Part shown: positions 61,148 to 64,000 of the stretch, in pieces | How the letters are laid out: every line of letters starts with the position of its first letter | How positions within the stretch are numbered: position 1 is the stretch's first letter | Source of the DNA: a virus | Taxonomy: Duplodnaviria > Caudoviricetes | IMG/VR virus record: IMGVR_UViG_3300021255_002539 | Span: 350,061-414,060 of that record | Direction: 5' to 3' (one strand) | DNA length: 64,000 nucleotides | Notes under the pieces: model-generated | Told to the model about the DNA's origin: nothing | Databases searched by the model: none | Seen by the model: the letters and a program-made list of their open reading frames with translations, nothing else | Made by a program: the position numbers and the translations under genes

Positions 61148-61639
61148 TCAATTGTCTCTGTCCAGGTCAGTTCCCCGGATTGAGTTGTAGTCCAGATGAT
61201 CCTCGCCCTCAATCTCGATGTCCTTGTACTTGAACTCCAGGATTGTGGCGGTCTGAATGGCATTCGACAAGTCGTCACCCCAATCGTCTCCACAACCAAC
61301 GCTGAATCCTGGGTTCTTCAATGCGAGAATGTCCTTGATAAGCTTAATCTGTTTCTGGTTGTCGGGCTTGATGTCCTTTGCATTAGAATAGATGCAAATG
61401 CCTGGCTCGTCGTCGTCGCTCCAACCTTCGTCAAGGCACTTCTTTCCGAACTCGTCGATAATGCGCTTCTTGAACTCGTCGTACTGAGCCTTGTCCTTGC
61501 AATTTCCCCTGACGCTGATGGTGTTGCAGCGCTTGAGGATGGTCATGAACCTTTCGTCAATGCACTTTCCACAATCGCTGAACATTATGATGAACGAGCT
61601 GGAACTAGAGTTGCTTACATAGTCTGTTCTGATCTTCAT
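61148..61639 (-). CDS. NSSSSS-tag family protein 5
   Basis: Starts MKIRTDYVSNSSSSSFI. Confidence 0.8.
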   Translation of the reverse strand: MKIRTDYVSNSSSSSFIIMFSDCGKCIDERFMTILKRCNTISVRGNCKDKAQYDEFKKRIIDEFGKKCLDEGWSDDDEPGICIYSNAKDIKPDNQKQIKLIKDILALKNPGFSVGCGDDWGDDLSNAIQTATILEFKYKDIEIEGEDHLDYNSIRGTDLDRDN

Positions 61640-61654
61640 GTCGATTGTCTCCCA

Positions 61655-62227
61655 TCAGCCATTGTCGTTTCCACCTCGGATGTAGGACTCGTCGAACCTG
61701 AGGAAGTCGTATAGCGTATCCTCCGACTCGAACATCTCCATGCACTCTCCCTCTGAGGAAGCAGATTGGTGGTCGATGTAGTAGCCAGTCGCCAATGTGG
61801 TGTAGCCATAGTAGCCACCCCTGTCCTCGCTGAACCCAATGTTCGTCTCGATGACATCTGGATTCAGCTTGACATTGAACCCAAACCTCTCCTTGCAGAC
61901 ATGCTTGAGCATGTCGTAGAGTCGGTCGAAGTCCTTGCCAGTATAGGGTCTCTTGTACTCGCGCTTCCTGTTGGACATCTTCTCCATGAAGAGATACAGC
62001 AACTGAAGTCCAACGAAATTCAACTTGCCCTCGAAACTGCTGGTGTCCTCCCACTCCCAACCAAACTCGTGCTTGCCCTTGGTGTTCGGAATTGGATATG
62101 ATGTCCAATCGTCAGAATACGGCTGGAAATTGGACTTGATTTCGTCAGTTTTGTCAGTTCCCGCATTCGCTATTATGATGAAGGAACTGGAGCTGGAGTT
62201 GCTTACATAGTCAGTTCTGAGTTTCAT
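61655..62227 (-). CDS. NSSSSS-tag family protein 6
   Basis: Starts MKLRTDYVSNSSSSSFI; C-terminal YIDHQS...GGNDN. Confidence 0.8.
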   Translation of the reverse strand: MKLRTDYVSNSSSSSFIIIANAGTDKTDEIKSNFQPYSDDWTSYPIPNTKGKHEFGWEWEDTSSFEGKLNFVGLQLLYLFMEKMSNRKREYKRPYTGKDFDRLYDMLKHVCKERFGFNVKLNPDVIETNIGFSEDRGGYYGYTTLATGYYIDHQSASSEGECMEMFESEDTLYDFLRFDESYIRGGNDNG

Positions 62228-62230
62228 GTA

Positions 62231-62626
62231 TCAGTCGTCCCTTCCACCATCGACCAGGCAGCTCACCTTGGTTATTTCGGTTCCAGTCATATCTGTCAAC
62301 TGCTTTGCGACACGAGCCTCGAAGTCCTTCCTCGTCTCGTCGGGCTTCATGCCACCATATCCAATTCCAACGCAATATTCGTCGTAGTAGCTCTCCAATC
62401 CACGATTGAACTCCAAGTCAGGGAACTTGTTCTCCAGTTCAGATATGATGTCCCAGGAGTCCCAATCCTCGTAGTCTGGCTCCTCACCATCCTCCACTTG
62501 GTGGTACTTGGATGTCAGCTTGTTGTGCTTCGCAATGGCAACGAGATCGTCCCAAGTGAATGCCTTGCCAACCACCATGAAGGAGCTGGAGCTGGAATTG
62601 CTAACGTAGTCTGTGCGTATCTTCAT
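62231..62626 (-). CDS. NSSSSS-tag family protein 7
   Basis: Starts MKIRTDYVSNSSSSSFM. Confidence 0.8.
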   Translation of the reverse strand: MKIRTDYVSNSSSSSFMVVGKAFTWDDLVAIAKHNKLTSKYHQVEDGEEPDYEDWDSWDIISELENKFPDLEFNRGLESYYDEYCVGIGYGGMKPDETRKDFEARVAKQLTDMTGTEITKVSCLVDGGRDD

Positions 62627-62647
62627 GTCTGTTTTCCCTTCGCAATA

Positions 62648-63853
62648 TTATACCACTTTGTTTTCGTCCTGTAAAGCCACAAGCTTGCTCCTGACTTCAG
62701 TCAATGCCTTGCCAAGAAGGTTCTGGCCCTTCCAATTCCTTTCGTCAAGAACTCCCTGGTCCTGGATGCCCCAAATGCCATCAGACGGGGATGCCTCGAC
62801 AAAGGTCTTGCCATCAAACTCTGGGTCGAGTAACTTGTTGTGGTGGTAGGTACATTGGCTGAATCTGGCGAAGTTCACATCCCGCATCACCTCGTATCTT
62901 ACTGACCACTTCTCGTCGTCGTAGTTCTTCACCATACGCCCCAACTTCTTGCACTCCATCGGGTCATCGGTAACGGCCAGAATCTTCTTTGCAATATCAA
63001 CATCTCCAAAGAACATCGCCTTTGCCCACATGAACGCTTGCTCTGTGCAGAAGAACTCATGCTCCTCGCCATCAAAGGACCAGCGGAACTTGCATCTTGA
63101 GAAGTTGGAGAGGAAGCTGCCATAGAAAAACACGTACTTGTCAGTGACCCTATAGCCCTTCTCGTACATCTTGTCAGTAGTCTGAACCGGGTCAGGATAA
63201 GTGGGCTTCACAGAATCTTGCGCGGCGTCGAATATGCCCTGCGCCCCAATCAACTCGATGAACTTGGACACCCTCTCGTCCCTGGTACCGAAGATGGCGT
63301 CAGATACCTTGTCCACAGGAAGAACGCCAGACAGAAGAAGCTTCAACAATGTGTCACTGAACAACCAATCTATCTCCTGACGGTACTCCAGGTTCGTGTC
63401 CCGGAACTTGTCATCCACGACCACCACATTGCCGCACTTGTCGAGATCAAGGAACACAATCTTGTCGTACCTGCCAATCTCGCAGCAAAGCTTGTTGAAC
63501 ATGTTCTGCAAATCGTCCTCGGTTATGCCCAATTTGGGATTGTGCGCCTTGAGATACCTCGTATATACATATGCGTCAATTGGGGAACGGTCGGTCAAGT
63601 AGCAACCATCTGGCATCTGGTCGATGATGTCAAGCTGCTCAACCAAGGTGTCGAAGATGATCTTCTGAGATTCAAGGTTGCCCTCCCTGTTGATCTTGAG
63701 ACCCCTTTCCTCAATCTTCTTCCTGTAGTCGCAACCAACCGTCTGGAATTCCATCGCCGTCCCCTTGAACTTCTCCAATATGTCCCCTATGAATGTGGAC
63801 TTCCCTGTGTTCTGCGTTCCAATCACCCCAATAGTCAATTTCCCATTTGCCAT
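62648..63853 (-). CDS. AAA_28 P-loop kinase fused to a NADAR (YbiA-like) hydrolase
   Basis: GTQNTGKST and DRSPID; FLSNF, TEQAFMWAKA, KKLGR, VEASPSDGIWGI and GQNLLGKAL motifs. Confidence 0.9.
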   Translation of the reverse strand: MANGKLTIGVIGTQNTGKSTFIGDILEKFKGTAMEFQTVGCDYRKKIEERGLKINREGNLESQKIIFDTLVEQLDIIDQMPDGCYLTDRSPIDAYVYTRYLKAHNPKLGITEDDLQNMFNKLCCEIGRYDKIVFLDLDKCGNVVVVDDKFRDTNLEYRQEIDWLFSDTLLKLLLSGVLPVDKVSDAIFGTRDERVSKFIELIGAQGIFDAAQDSVKPTYPDPVQTTDKMYEKGYRVTDKYVFFYGSFLSNFSRCKFRWSFDGEEHEFFCTEQAFMWAKAMFFGDVDIAKKILAVTDDPMECKKLGRMVKNYDDEKWSVRYEVMRDVNFARFSQCTYHHNKLLDPEFDGKTFVEASPSDGIWGIQDQGVLDERNWKGQNLLGKALTEVRSKLVALQDENKVV

Positions 63854-64000
63854 TTCAATATCCTCCATCAATAGTTGTTGCTTGGACTGTACTTCCCAGT
63901 ATGAACATCGTCCAAATACCTGTCGTATCTGAGTTCCCAACTCTCCAATGGCTCGTCCTTGTGCCTCCTGTAGAACTCCATCATCCAATCCTTGGTGAGG

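Noticed and set aside
63854-63988. N-terminal 45 aa of the track ORF 62648-63988
   Set aside because: This stretch overlaps the 3' end of an upstream gene in another frame (stop at about 63868); the GGAGG RBS supports a start at 63853.

Overview
The window is a 64-kb segment of a large T4-like (jumbo) myophage genome. It holds T4-type virion genes (prohead protease 3' end, portal, neck, two baseplate-hub paralogs), GroEL, ClpP, CoaB/CoaC, dCMP deaminase, a kinase-NADAR fusion, DNA methyltransferases with a DUF262-HNH nuclease, and many small early ORFs. Four themes stand out. (1) TAG is read as a sense codon (probably Gln, code 15) in late genes that mostly follow a GTAAATA motif, so the supplied ORF track fragments or misses them. 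Genes behind sigma70-type promoters have no internal TAG. (2) A 9.5-kb minus-strand RNA operon (about 11620-21165) holds 36 tRNAs covering all 20 amino acids and a tmRNA. Interleaved with them are about 20 non-canonical structured RNAs: oversized or permuted tRNA mimics, a ~595-nt RNA and a kissing-loop RNA. The two ends of the operon are mutually complementary across 9 kb. (3) A Ro60/TROVE gene is bracketed by two Y-RNA-like genes, and a YrlA-type tRNA mimic lies in the tRNA operon. (4) Seven otherwise unrelated proteins share the N-terminal tag MKIRTDYVSNSSSSSF. All folds and translations were done by eye and no database search was run.
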